The notes below the pieces were generated by a model that saw only the letters and a list, made by a program, of their open reading frames with translations, did no database searches and was not told the DNA's origin. Of a DNA stretch of 64,000 nt, positions 38,361-52,179 are shown in pieces. The DNA comes from Haliotis cracherodii (lineage: Eukaryota): contig NW_027266273.1 of assembly GCF_022045235.1 (NCBI RefSeq), forward strand, positions 1,302,001-1,366,000, written 5' to 3'. The position numbers and the translations under genes are program-made. Each line of letters starts with the position of its first letter. Position 1 is the stretch's first letter.

Positions 38361-39379
38361 TAAGTAAACCTCCAATGCAAACCGACATAATTTCAGGGTC
38401 CGGTTGCACAGAGCTCTCTTCGGTAACTCGTAACTCAATGTTATTGCAATGGACTCCTAGCTAAGCTACTATTGGATGATAAATCAATTAACCTATTTGT
38501 CGAATAGACGTACCTAATGTAACCCATCATTCTTAACCCGAGGATGGATCTTTCAGTCATAAATTTTGATGTGTACAGTTGTATCATTCTAACAATACAG
38601 ACATGACGCAAGCTGCACGTAAAAAAAATTGATAAAGGTAGTCCTTTCGGGTTCACATACCTACATGTACATAGCCCAGGACATTGTCATTATTTGCTTT
38701 ACATCCTCCGAGCAACGTTAAAACAATTGAAACTTGAATAATAATAAATTGATATTATGTATATGAACATGTATAAATCAGCTTGCACACAGACTACTGC
38801 AGAATGACATGTCATCCATTTGCTAGTTTAGTTCAGTTTAAACATATTTTATTCACAGAACAAAATGAGAATTGTATTGGGGACAAGTTCTTGCAACTTA
38901 GTAAACCCCTCTCCGCATAAAATATGTACAAATATACAGTTGCAAAATAAATAAATTTGCTTCAGTCAGTAAAAGTCAGACTTTCCACATTTACACATCA
39001 ATATATTTGTGTACGTTTGTTACGTTATAATTATTCCATTGTGTATATTACTACCTACTTTACCAATTGAAATATGATTCCATTTGTATAAATATGAACA
39101 ATTATGATGAAAATCGTACAAAGTACAAAACACACAGAGTATTTCTCAAATAAATAAGAAAACTAAGTTCATTCTAGTAATTAATCCTCTTCTGGACAAC
39201 CATAGAAATGAAATTCCAATGCGTTTATATATACATATAATTATACAACAATGTACGATAACGACCTCAATCCTCCCCCACACCCATACTTTAAAGGCGA
39301 TTGTACGATAAACCCTGTACCAACCCTGACAAGGATAGGTTCTAGTCATTTAACGCCTTTGACACTAAACTTATAAGGT

Positions 39380-39583
39380 AATTACAATTTACGTAAAAAG
39401 TTATTACATTTTACCGCAAGTTGACATTATTACAATTTACGTCAATTTTTATTACAATTTGCGTATTACAATTTACGTCAAATTTTATTACAATTTACGT
39501 TGTTATTATAATTTACGTCAAAATTATTACAATTTGCTGTAAGTATTACAATTTACATTTTTATTACAAGTTACGTCGTAACA
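39380..39583. repeat. Array of ~20-bp TTATTACAATTTACGTC units ending in ...GTAACA (non-autonomous DNA element end)
   Basis: About 9 degenerate tandem units; terminus resembles the TGTTA...TAACA ends of the 50329-54942 element. Confidence 0.7.
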
Positions 39584-41066
39584 GCCTAACATTGTGTTAC
39601 ACGTGCCCAACATGACGAACGCCAATTGGATCAGAGCAGTCAGCGTTCTTCTAATGATAAAATGATGGGTTGTTCAATGACTTAAATTGCCGCATTTCGC
39701 AGTGCAGAGATGGGTTCCTTAGTTTTGACGGAATATTGACCCGTTGTCATGGGTTACCCAACGTCTCCTCTTTGAGACAGAATTTAAATCCTTGAAGTAC
39801 AGACGACACCGTATATATAGATTATCGAATATAAACCTCAACGCCAGAGAATAACCTCTCCCGAGTATCCGGCGAAACAGATTCCATTGGGTGTAAAAGG
39901 CAAAATAGCGGGGAAAATTATATGAATGGATACCTGAAAATCCGTGATGACGCCAGACATTCGCGAAAAAATCACCTACTTGTGGCAGATCGAAAAAAAT
40001 GACTTAAAAATACACCCCCCCCCCCCCCCATAGGATAATGTAGATCGGAATCGGTAGGGATGCTTAGTGTTTAAAGACGTTTGCATGTTAGATGTAATGT
40101 CGCAATATTGGAGCGGCGTCACGAGTGCCTTGATTCAGTTAAGAAAATAACACAAACTATAACTTAAACAGTAACTTGCTACCTGTTGTGAGATATTCAA
40201 ACAATCGCGGTAATACTCATTGTTTATCACATAATGGGTAGGTTTCTCGGCAGGACAAAGCCAACGGATAAAAACGATATCCGTTGTGGTCATATGCGGA
40301 TAGAGATGCAAATATCAAAGGTCAAGTAGGGACTACTTTCACTGTTTATAAACAAACATGGCGTCGCCCCCGTCATTCGGCGATCGAGTCATAATTAACC
40401 ATCGGGAATCTGGATAAACTACAGGGATACTTGCTATCATTATCAAAAGAACAGTCTAATACACTGAAAATCAGTGTCTTACTGTGACGTAGCTAAGGTA
40501 TTTTATAAGTTTTGGCAACTTTGGAGATATAAATTTCGAAACGAGGCCTAGCCAAGCGGGATCAGTAGCCATATCCATGCTTGTAGACCTCGGCGGCTTG
40601 AAACCTTCTCCACAAATTGAAATAGTTGGATTTGGCCGAAATATGTTTGAATTGTTACCGTGTTTCGTTTTGTCGCTGTGTGTACATCTGACTACACTTC
40701 TTAACGTTATGACAGGACAGACCGACTGTCAACAACGTCTGACCGTGGCCGTGACGTCTCATAGACTAGAGTTAGAGTAGCTACTCTTTGACAAAGGGCA
40801 GTTACTCTTGCGGACAGACCGATGGATTGCCGCGATTAAAAACAATTGTTGTTTTGCGTATATGTTGCTTCGCCAGTGTATAAGAAACAGATTTCAGTTG
40901 GAACTATATTGGCTTCTGTCACAGTCCGACAGACACATCACTTACCCTGTGACGTAATAAATATTAATGCGCACATTCCAGGAAAACTCGCAATGTTTCT
41001 GTAATGTTTGTGAGAGAGCGAAAGCGATTTTGAAGCACAGAATTAAAGAATGACATTATAAGATAA

Positions 41067-41219
41067 AGAGGTTATCACGCTTGTGTGTTTGGGGATGGTA
41101 AATATCCTGTATTAGGAATAAACACTAATGTATTTAGCTCGCCAAGGCTCGCTAAATACAATGTTTATTCCTAATGCAGGATATTTACCATCTCCAAACA
41201 CACTCGCGTGATAACCTCT
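41067..41219. mobile_element. Palindromic MITE (~150-bp hairpin)
   Basis: AGAGGTTATCACGC..GTGTGTTTGGGGATGGTAAATATCCTG.ATTAGGAATAAACA pairs with TGTTTATTCCTAATGCAGGATATTTACCATCTCCAAACACAC..GCGTGATAACCTCT. Confidence 0.9.
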
Positions 41220-42496
41220 ATTGATTTATAGATAAACCAATAGTGGAATATTCTATTAAACCACTAAAGCAATCAGATGTGAAACAATCCAGTAGAAGAT
41301 ACCACCAAAGTTTGCAGATAACGATTTATTCTGATGCATGACAAGAAACCTGTTCGTAAAGCTGTAAACCTTTCGTTTACTGTGTACACCACCCATAAAG
41401 TCTTTTGTTCGCATTCTGAGTAACATTGATTGTGTTTGTAACGCTAACAGGATCAGGTGGTCATGCACGCTGACTTGGTTGATGCATGTCATAGTTACCA
41501 AATTGGGTAGATGGATGCTCATGATGTCAATCACTGGATTGACTGATATTGCTGACGTGTCCTACACCATAATACATGAGTCTTATGAATTAACGTAGCT
41601 TTTATCAACATTCCCGCAATATCACGACAGACACCAGAACCGGGCATACAAATTGTATCCGTGTGGCGAATCGGTAGATATGGTTTCCCTGAAGAAACCC
41701 ATCAGGGGAGAGAATAGGCCTCGACAAACTCTTTCCGCAATGTCAATACATGTTTAAAGACGTGGGGAGGTATGACCACAGTGGATCAAAATTGGCCTGG
41801 GATGAGATAGAACTGCTTTGGTTTTAGCTAAGAGAGGGGAGGATCTGACATTGGTTGAACCTTCCCTACCTCAATTCGAATTTTGGGAAAAGTCTGGCCA
41901 GGGGTGGGGAAGAACTGGCCAGGGGGATGTTTCTGCCTGTTTCATCGTACCTTCAGCATGTCGAGCGAACACTTTACCCACTTGGCTACCCCACTGCCCC
42001 ATATCGTATGTATAAGGACCCCAATTAAAAATGAGGTTCTCTTCATACTATGTCATTCTTACTGTAAACGGATGGGCTTTGTTGAGTAAAAACAAACAAA
42101 TAAAACATTGTAAATGTATGCTGTTTCCGGTCAGTGCGACACGGTATTGTGGTGTAACTGGTTCATTGTGAGTCAGTGGGTGGGTAACCGTGATCATAGA
42201 AGTGCTAAACCCCACATTAGTGAGAGCGTCCACTTGATACCGGTTCGATTCGTCATCAGGAAAGAAAATATTAATCATGCAATGATTAGGTTTTATCGCA
42301 CAAATGGGTTGTAGATGATAGATTCACTATCAGTACATGCCGACATTAAATAAAGGAATAACGACCATTTGAAACGAAATCAATTCAGACTCAGATACAT
42401 ACAAACATGTATTCTGACATAGTTAATATATAAAACGTCACCGCGAGAGAATAACAAGTCTCAATTATTTGACCAAACACTTTCCATTGGGCGTAA

Positions 42497-42774
42497 GGGG
42501 GCTCGGGTGGCCTAGTCGTCTAAGGCGCCGCGATTCGTTGTGAAGAGTTGCGTCCTTTGGACACGCCATAAACCTATGATTGTGGGTTCGAATCCCGGTT
42601 CGCCCCGATTATGTTTCTAGGTTTGTCAGCACCATACCCGTGCTCATGGGTTTCACCGAAATGGTAAACGTCTTGGAAATGCATTACTTCGGGCTTTCCT
42701 CCCACATTAAGCTGACACGCCGTGATATAACTGGAATAATGTTAAAAGCGGCGTTAAACCCAACTCACTCACTC
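42497..42774 (+). mobile_element. tRNA-derived SINE family B, complete with TSD
   Basis: A box TGGCCTAGTCG, B box GGTTCGAATCCC, (ACTC)n tail, 13-bp TSD CCATTGGG(C/T)GTAA at 42484-42496 and 42775-42787. Confidence 0.95.
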
Positions 42775-42865
42775 CCATTGGGTGTAAGATGCATAATAGA
42801 GGTGAATGTTATATGAATAACTTATTTAAAGTTTGTTTTTTTATAGGAGTTCTATCCATTTGATA

Positions 42866-43121
42866 GGGGTATGGGTGACCCAGTCAATCAAGACGCCGCA
42901 TTTCGCTGTGCAGGGGGTGTCCCTTCAGATCTATGTTCGAGGGTAACAATCCCGGTTCGCCCCAATACGTTATAAATTTGTCGCCAAAGTGGTATACTAT
43001 ACGCCTAAATCATGCATCATTTCGGGTTTTCCTTTTTCCTCCCGCAATAAACTGACACGCCATGATACAACAACTCAAATAATGGTCAAAGCGGCGTTAA
43101 ACTCGACTCACTCACGCACTC
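42866..43121 (+). mobile_element. Degenerate SINE family B copy
   Basis: AATCCCGGTTCGCCC...CTGACACGCC...GCGGCGTTAAACTCGACTCACTC. Confidence 0.75.
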
Positions 43122-43149
43122 ATTTGATACTTCGCCAATTAGAGGAAAC

Positions 43150-43418
43150 TACGGAAGCGTAGTAGGGCCACGGTGATCTTTTTGTTTAAGTACCTCCTAC
43201 GTAAGACCTAGTATCTCCTACGTAGGACTTACTATCTCCTACGTAGGACTTAGTATGGCCTAGAATTACTATCTCCTACGAAGGACTTAGTATCGTCTAC
43301 GTAGGAGATAGGAAGTCCTACGTAGGAAATAGTAAGTCCTACATAGGAGATACTAAGTCCTATGTAGGAGATACTTAGACACACAAAAAATTCACCGTGG
43401 CCCTACTACGCTTCCGTA
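43150..43418. mobile_element. Non-autonomous DNA transposon with TACGG termini and internal 21-bp repeats (IS3EU-like, inference)
   Basis: Perfect 27-bp TIRs TACGGAAGCGTAGTAGGGCCACGGTGA; flanks GGAAAC / GGCAAC; internal TATCTCCTACGTAGGACTTA(G/C) units in opposed orientation. Confidence 0.85.
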
Positions 43419-44915
43419 GGCAACTGATATCATTAATGGGAATTTTGACATTTTTATTGGTATGAAAACAGATTAAGACTGAATTTAATGTACATTTAGA
43501 TTTAATGTACATTCAGAGGAATTCAGCGATTTGATATTCAGCCTATGAAATGTCAGTTGATATCACGATCAGCATTGCTATTCAGATATGTATGAAGGTG
43601 AAGAAACAATAGTATGGCACCGATTGGGACAAATGTAGTTCGTGTCCTTATGAAAAATACTTAAATGTAGATTAGGAACACATTGACCGAAGCGATGTCT
43701 CGCAAGATTATAACTTGTTCACGTCTTTTGCACCTTCGAAAAGTGAGGTATATCACTTGGGCATATCTTTGGCATAGAGCGCCCAGCGTTACCTTTCTTC
43801 CACATTTCTTGCTCTTTAACGCAGGTGACCATTTGAAGGGCCTTCACTATTTCTGAAAACATAATTTGTTAAGGAAAATACGTTCGGTTTTACAAATAGA
43901 AATGTCTTAAGTAGATGTCCTGTTACAAAAATGTGTTAAACATATTGTTTGATTCGCTCCTCTTTCTGAAAGTTACTAACTAACCATTGTTTATGTAATA
44001 CCTTTTACATGAGTAAGATTAAAACGACCGTCTAAATCTATAGTCTTAAAAACTAAATTGTCCCAAATATTACTTGAACAAAATAATTATGCTTCATGAG
44101 ATATTGTATGGAGACACGATATTCTTTCAGCTAATTCACACTATGAGCCTAAATATCTTTTTTTTCAAATGGACAATTTCTGTTTTTCAAATCTATTTTT
44201 CTGGATAAAATCTCACCATCCCCCTTCGACCATGCCCCCGAATATCAAACTGTCGGTCACTAAGATCTGCGAAGTCGGTAAGATAAACTCAAAGCTAACT
44301 CATCGGACTACTATGACTGTATGAGTTATAAGGTGTAGGGCAATTACGAGTGGAGATATTTTTATTTTTCTTCATTATCTTGCGCTCCTGCTATGGATAC
44401 ATTTCAAGATAATGGTGTGTTTCTGAAAAACAATATTTCATTTCAACAGTTCTTGAACACTGCTTTGAATAATTGACATTGGCGTCTCGAAATAGCTTTT
44501 AATAACGCATATGTCGATAGATAAGTCAAGTCATCCATTCATTGACCTGACACGTAGTATTTTTTTTGTTCTATATAATTTCAAACATTACCATGACAGC
44601 ACAAAACATTATACACATGAAATACATAGAAAAACCTGATATCAATAACTCTGGTGTTAATTAAGTCATATCATAAAAAAACATATTTGCTGAATTACAG
44701 GGTTGGCAAAAAGTAAACTAAATACCAATGTCAATCAGAAGTTAAAGTACACATGTATAACTATTTTCACGATTACGTCTCCTGTGTTAGCTAATGAGAT
44801 ATTATTATTGCAAGAGGATGTGCGTAAAATTCAGTTCATAAAATAATTTCCCGAATTAAGGAATTTTAATTGATCATTTTGAGGTGAGGTGAAATGGGGT
44901 TTATCGTCGTTAAAG

Positions 44916-45049
44916 NNNNNNNNNNNNNNNNNNNNNNNNNNNNNNNNNNNNNNNNNNNNNNNNNNNNNNNNNNNNNNNNNNNNNNNNNNNNNNNNNNNNN
45001 NNNNNNNNNNNNNNNNNNNNNNNNNNNNNNNNNNNNNNNNNNNNNNNNN
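44916..45049. other. Assembly gap
   Basis: Run of N. Confidence 1.
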
Positions 45050-45275
45050 CGATTTAATAGTGACAGCCCACTGAAATACCATGCCGCAGTTTAACATAAA
45101 TACTCCACTCAGTCGCAGTGTACTGACTCCGAGCCGACCAGTCCTTCTCTTAGCCCCTTAATGCTGAGCGCCAGGCTGGGTAAGAACAAAGTACCATCTT
45201 TTTTGGTATGACGCGGCCATGGATCGAAACCCCGACCTTCAACTCTTCGGACTTACGCTCTACCACTTGACCACG
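45050..45275 (-). mobile_element. SINE family C copy with longer body
   Basis: Reverse complement matches the 5416 head through GGACTGGTCGGCT, then continues differently; cut by the gap. Confidence 0.8.
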
Positions 45276-46654
45276 AAATTCACAACTTCCCCTCCCCATG
45301 AGGAGACTTGTAAGACTTCAAAACGCGAGTCCCATGCTTTTAACTAAACTAATAAGATAAGAAATTGTATGCATCATTTCTCGTACATAAATAACATATC
45401 TGATAATATCGCTTCCTGTTTTGGAATAATGCGCAGTCATGTATTGTGTGTCCCATAAAATGATCTCACAATGTTCTGACAGAATAGAAATCAGATAGAT
45501 ACTACCCATAAATGTTTTAGCTATTTCGACCTTGTTCGTTTTGACCTTGACTTGACCAACCACTTGGCATAAGTCACAGCAACCAATGAAAATTCCATAT
45601 TTCCAATTGACCTGAAATGCTTCTGTTATCTGATACAGTAACACTTGTTTAAATACATACAGATATCAAGCTTCATGCTCTCGGTGTCAGCATTAGAATC
45701 TGGCAATGACAAAACTATATTTTGTGATAACATTTATTCTGTCTACTTTGACTTTAGTAAACGTCGCGTATATTGTTACTATGACCTTATGTTTCATGAA
45801 ACCACTTATATCGAACTGACCAAAGGTTTCTAAATCAATGTATTTCTTAGATATTTTTCAAAAATATTTTTTGTATTTATTTAATTAGTAATTAAAGATT
45901 GTAAATAACTTTAAAACATTTCACCCATATTATGGCAACATCGTGCACGACACTCGAGTGCTTGCAGGTCATGATCCCTTGAATAAACTTGAGTCAGCCA
46001 TTATCAGTCACAAAACAGTTTATAATGTCTTGAGTCTTGAGAAAAGTACTTTTGATGAAATAACATTTAATCCTTTTTAAACAAACTCGCATCACTTTCA
46101 CCAAACTATAATGCCATCACGTAAAGGGAGACATAGACATGCCACATTCCATCTTTACCAGACCAATAGTTGCAAACCAAGAAGGAATAACAAGTAAGAG
46201 ATATTGTCAATTCAAGATCGATATTTTATACAACACTAAAAACGATACAATGTTTTGAACCTCACACAAAAATGTACACTATGTCGGATGACCATATTAA
46301 CAGTTTGAAAAAGATGGCCTAGTTATTGTCTTGTATTTCAATATGTTTCAATATGTTTGCCATGAATCAGTGTTGTCATTGATGTGAACAAATATGCTAA
46401 GATTCAGATTAATTCTTTTGATGCCGACATCAACCGACAATCGGGTCATGACGCAAGCTCACTTGTCTTGTCAGGGATCTTAATTAGAATACATAATCAT
46501 CAGATAATACGGATACACCTTCCTACAAATTGCAGTTCCAGTCTCACAACCTTAGGTGCATCGTGAAGGATGATGAGTAAAATGTTCCTCAGGGTATGCA
46601 CATTAACATACGGAACATACTGAGCTTCATCAGCCATAATCTAGGATAAATTAC

Positions 46655-47560
46655 TACACTTGCCTACTCATATGAACCATATGAACATTTAAAACAAAGC
46701 AATGACAATAAAACCGATCGCCCAAACGCATCATGGCAACAGCCATGGTAACCCGATGCACGTGAGTTCCGTGCAAATTGAATTCATTCGTTACTGTATT
46801 GCTACCACATGCCAAAATTGACAGGAGATCAGCAAAACCAAACCCTTGGACGATTGCAAGCTGGACAAACCGCCCGGCAAGTAGCCAATGCATTTCAAGT
46901 CCACGTAAGGACCATATACAGGCTCCAGCAACGGTACCAGACTACCAACATTACAGATGACCGACCACGTAGTGGAAGACCAAGGGTCACCACCCGACGT
47001 CAGGATCGTCCGATTGTGCGACAGCATCTTCAAGATCTCTTTGTTACTGCTGCGGAAACTGCTCGACAGACCATGGGGACACACCAGCAACACATTAATG
47101 TGGACACCGTGTGTCGTCGATTGACGAGCAAACACCACTGTCACAGGCCACACCGAGGACCCATTCTGTCGCCAGGACTGTCTTCAGTGAGCAACACAGC
47201 ACCAGCATTGGCACCACCAGTAGTGGAGAAGACTCCTCGGCTCAGATGAGAGCCGTTACTGAATCTCTCCAACGGATGGCAGAGGGAGAGAGTCTGGTGA
47301 CGCCGTGGGGTACGTTATTCGGATGCTTGTGTTGTTGAGAGGGACTCGTGGGGTGGTCCGAGCATCGTGGTAGGGGTGGAATTGGTCTTGCACAGAGGGT
47401 CGTCCCTGTGGTCTTCCAGAACATCGGTCCAGGGAGAGGCAATGGTATCACAGCAGCTCGGTACGTTGATAAAGTCTTGAGACCACTCGCCATACCTCAT
47501 TTGGCACGTCGCCGCAACCACGAGTTCCAGCATGATAACGCCCCTGCGAGAGCAACAAGA
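46655..47560 (+). mobile_element. Tc1-like transposon, frameshifted and 3'-truncated
   Basis: MPKL...GRLQAG...RSGRPRVTT HTH, SDESR, FQHDNAP; no right TIR found. Confidence 0.85.
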
Positions 47561-48618
47561 GACTTGAGTGTGGGTTCAAGTGCCTTTGGCCTTCATCAAC
47601 CGTCTCATCCATTCCACGTATCGAACATATTCAAACCAAGTTTTAGTATGAGGAGCTAAAAGGTTCACAGTCAAATCACCTTCTAAACATATTGGGAAGC
47701 AATTGACTACGGGTTGAACAAAGTCTCTTGCCTGTGGAGATACCACATATGACTTGTGTTTCACTGTAGGGCAGGCTTGAACTGTGCTATACTAAATTGA
47801 GTTATAATCTTGGACCCTCGCACCCTTCGCTGCAATCAAATGATGCAAACCATACAAAGACGCAAAACATAATTCAAAACACATCCTTTTTAAATAAGTT
47901 ATGAATCATACACATGATTCATGTCTTAGGTGTGATGTCATGATATGAATAAAGTTATTAATTTTATGGAATGATCACAGGAATGTACACCAGAAACCAG
48001 TCTCGACTATCCCCTAAAACGAATTTCATTGGGCACACATGGAAAAGCAGGGATGAAAGGTATATGGATGGATCACTGAAAGTCAGGGAAGGCACCCGGT
48101 GTTGCAAAAAGGGTAAGGAGAAATGAACCAAGGAGTTAATGAAGACATTTTCTGAGACATTAAATTTCTGGTACAACAATGAGTAACAAACATTAACAAG
48201 TGCTTTAAGTTAAAATTGCAAAGTGCAGACAAACACATTTACTTTTCGAAAAAGAAGGGGATTGGTTAGAATCGATTTTCGTCTTAGTCATTCCACAACT
48301 TTAATTAAACCCAAGAACGAAAGAATTCAAGATTTTTCTCTTCTCTGATAATTATAGGTATGGTGCATATAGATGACACTTATCAATGCAACTAGACAGG
48401 CGGAACTATTAGATGCGTGTATGTCTTGGAACGGACTAAATATTTCACGAAGGTAATTAAAAGTGTTCAACTTTATGTTTTTGTGAACACCATTCTTCAA
48501 ACTATAATCTATACAGTCGCGTCAAAGCAATTTTACATGAAACTTTAGGAGTATCAGTTAGTATCTGACGTTTAACCGATTGCAAGAGGGTCTGTTAAAA
48601 AAACATAACAATGATATA

Positions 48619-50084
48619 TACTCACACGCAAAAGAAACGCAAGTCGAATATGCAGTATACATGTTATTTATTTTCAACAGTAAAGACAAGAAATACTAAT
48701 AGCGCAAGATTGACAAAAAATGACTGAAGACATTTTAATGGATTAAAAGGCAGATGACATAATAGTTTTTTTTCAAATGTTAAGGGCTTACACAGTTTCG
48801 GGTCAATACCAAAAATGTCAGTCAATACCTGGTGTGACCACCATTAGCATTGATCACTGTCACACGTCTCCTTACATTGAGTTGATCAGACGATTTGTGA
48901 AGGCGCTAGGGATCCTCCTACACACAGCCACAGCAGCTGTGTAGTTCATCGGCAGTTGTAGGGACTGGGCGCACTTTGTGCAGACGGCTTTGAACCTCAT
49001 CCCACCAGTGTCCGATGGGTTTCAGATCAGGGCTGATGGCTGGCCACGGTAGAACACGGATGTTGTGTGTTGTTGCAGAAAGGCCATGGTAGCTCTGACA
49101 ACATGGGGACGAGCGTTGTCCTGCTGGAAAATTTGTTGTTGATGTGCAAAAAATGGAACAACGTGGGGTCTGATCACTTGGTCGATATACCGCTGAGCAG
49201 TGACGCCGTGTCCCCGACCTTGACCAACATTCAGAAAGCACGTGGGGCCAAGTCTCGCATTAAGTCCAATCCCTGCCCATATCATGACGCTAGGTCCACC
49301 CCATGGATCCCTTTCCACAACGTTTCTGTCAGCGAAATGATCACCTCGACGCCGCCAAATTCTGACTCTTCCGTCTGTATGGGAGACACAAAAGCGACTT
49401 TCATCAGAGAAGATGACACGCCTCCACTCACGATGACGCCAGTTGTGATGACCCTGTCCCCTCTGAAGTCGTGCTTGTCGATGCCGTGGTTGGAGAACAG
49501 GACGACGTGATGGTCGCCGACATCTGAGGTTGTTGGAACGGAAACGTCGGATCACAGTGTCCCGGCTAATGTGTCGATTATGTCTTCCTATGGTCTGTTG
49601 AGCACTTTCACTTGCAGTTAGGAACGGATGCAGGAAGGTCATCTGTGGTCTGTGTAGCATTGTATCGATGCAGGAGACGGTAAATTGTGGTTATGTTAAC
49701 GTTGGAATGACGGGCATCATCTTGGACAGACTCTCCAGCTTCCAAACGTCCGATAGCCTGGTTTCACTGAATTTGAGTTAGGCGTGGCATTGTAGACCAA
49801 GGAGTGGTAGGTCCAAGGATCGGCCACAGTTTTATACCCACTACAGTTCGTACATTTTAGATTTCGCGAGAAATTGGTGCATGATACCCACATAATTCAT
49901 TGAAATGGTGCGTTTTGGCGATTCGTTTTTTATGTTGCGTTTTTACTCTGGGCTTCCAAAATGCAACCAAAAATATTGATAACACCATCAGGCTTTACTA
50001 CATGCTAAAACTCGTATCAATTTATGGTTCCGTGTTTGTTACCTATTTGCTTAAAACTACTTGCGTTTCTTTTGCGTGTGAGTA
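48619..50084 (-). mobile_element. Near full-length Tc1-like transposon (inactivated)
   Basis: Perfect 26-bp TIRs TACTCACACGCAAAAGAAACGCAAGT, TA flanks; ATG at 49790 (MPRL), FSDESRF, QQDNARPH, SPDLKPIGHWW, GGHTRY*. Contains stops and frameshifts. Confidence 0.95.
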
Positions 50085-51192
50085 TATTAAGTGAGTAGTT
50101 TTCAACCCCGATTTGAACAGTATTTCAGTTATAACACGGCTTGTCAGCTCTATGAAGGGAGTAACCCCAAAATGTATTACATTTCAAACAGTTGACATAG
50201 CATCGATGCAGGTATGCCTTTGGTTAAACAGCTATATGTAACGGAAATAACAACACACAAAAAATCCTCTATATTCATTTTTCATACGAATCCGAAAAAT
50301 AATAACAAGAAAGGTGTTTGCAATGCATTGTTAAACCCTTAATGTAAAAAATACTCTTAATGTAACAAAAGTTACATTAATAATATTTTTTTACATTGAG
50401 GGTTTATATCGTACATATCGGCCCTTAATGTAAAATATTCTTATAAACAAAGTTTGATTGGAAATATAGGATCCTTTTGGCTATTTTCACGGTTTTTATT
50501 GTTTTTGCTCGGTTTCTTGCAATTATTCGTAAAGAGCGACAGCATCAGAAACTGACTTTGCTCAGATCTGAGAACAAGAGGGGCTATTATAAGAATGGCA
50601 GGCTCGTTATTGAGGACATGACAGCTACTACTACTGGAAGGTGATGAACATCAGTTGTCGGCTCCAGTCGCAGATCGCGACTCAAGTGGAACATCGTCAA
50701 CTGTGGATCAGGAGCGGGTGCTGCTGTCAAGGTCGAAGGTAATACAAAAGCATATCTTACATTGCAAGGAATAGAGAAGATTTAACCAACAAACTGTCCG
50801 GCATTGGATTTGTTTCTTTTGTATCTGAACATGACACTGTTGTTTTATATGAAACATAGTCAATAGAAAATTACTTTAGTGAATTTTTTCCAGAATATAA
50901 ACTTTTTTGTTTACCAGCTACTAAAAGGTCCAAGTTCTGTAGGTATTTTGGAGGAATACTTTTGATATAATATTCACTGGTAAGATATGTTGTTGATCTT
51001 CGATACAGAGAACATGCTATTACTATTCTGTTGGATAAACGTACGACCTACATTATGTGTGTTAACATCTATCCAGCCAGAGAGATCGACCTGGTATGAT
51101 AACAAAGATACACAAAATAGGGTAGAGATTTTGCTGTATTTTTATTGGGTACACTGGAAGAGTACCTAGCTGTTCCTATCATTGTACTTGGA

Positions 51193-51447
51193 TTGTTTGT
51201 TTGTTTGTTGTTTAACGCCACACTCAGCAATGTTACAGCTATATGATGGTCGCCTGTAAGCAATCGAGTCTAGACCAGACAATCCAGTGGTCAACACAAC
51301 GAGGATCGATCCACGCATTTGGGATATGATGACATGCATCAACCAAAGTCAGCGAGTCTGACCACCCGATTCCGTTAGTCGCCTCTTACGACAATCATAG
51401 TCGCCTTTTACGGCAAGAATGGGTTGCTGAAAATGGATCTTCACGGA
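51193..51447 (-). mobile_element. SINE family A copy
   Basis: Family match; flanked by CATTGTAC(T/A)TG direct repeats. Confidence 0.9.
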
Positions 51448-51691
51448 TCCATTGTACATGAACAGCTGAACCGGTGTGACCCGGGACTATGTTATTCACC
51501 ATGTTGGAAGTAATAATTACTTAGTAGATTTTTTTACACAATTTGAGATGGAAAGATAGTCATGTGATAAATTACTAAATAACTTTGGAAAAACTCTTTG
51601 GGAAATGTGTTCAATTCTGAACATACATATTGTGAATGGAAGATTTGGAACTGACTATCAAATCGGTGACTGTACATACATTTAGCATTTA

Positions 51692-51979
51692 GTGTGTGAG
51701 TGAGAGAGTGAGTTGAGTTTAACGCCGCTTTTAACAGTATTCGGGTTATATCACGGCGTGCCAGCTTAATGTTAGAGGAAAGCCCGAAGTGATGCAGGCC
51801 TCAGACGTTTACCACTTCGGTGAAACCCACGAGAACGTGTATGGTGCTGACAAACCTAGAAACATAATCGGGACGAACCGGGATTCGCACCCATAATCAT
51901 AGGTTTCTGGGATGCCCAAGGGACGCAACTCTGCACAGCGAATCGCGGCGCCTTAGGCGACTGGGCCACCCGTGCCCCC
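51692..51979 (-). mobile_element. SINE family B, full length
   Basis: Reverse complement of 42497-42774. Confidence 0.9.
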
Positions 51980-52179
51980 TACTGGACATTTAGGTTGTAG
52001 TGTGTTAGATTATGGTTTAGCATCGAGTGACATGTTTCCCGATGATGATGTATGTCTCTGTAAAAAAAATGAACGGTGCCATTATTTAAATGCGTTCAGA
52101 AGAAACTAAAGATAACTTATACCTAATTAAGTATAACACAGTTTGCAATGAATACGGATAACTGTGTGGAATCAAGAAG

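Noticed and set aside
42238-42262. Minimal hammerhead ribozyme on the minus strand (CTGATGA...GAAC)
   Set aside because: The GAAA core is not intact and no convincing flanking stems were found.
50565-50740. Exon-like segment with AG/GT boundaries (GYYKNGRLVIED)
   Set aside because: In-frame stop in that frame and no partner exons; more likely a transposon-derived fragment.
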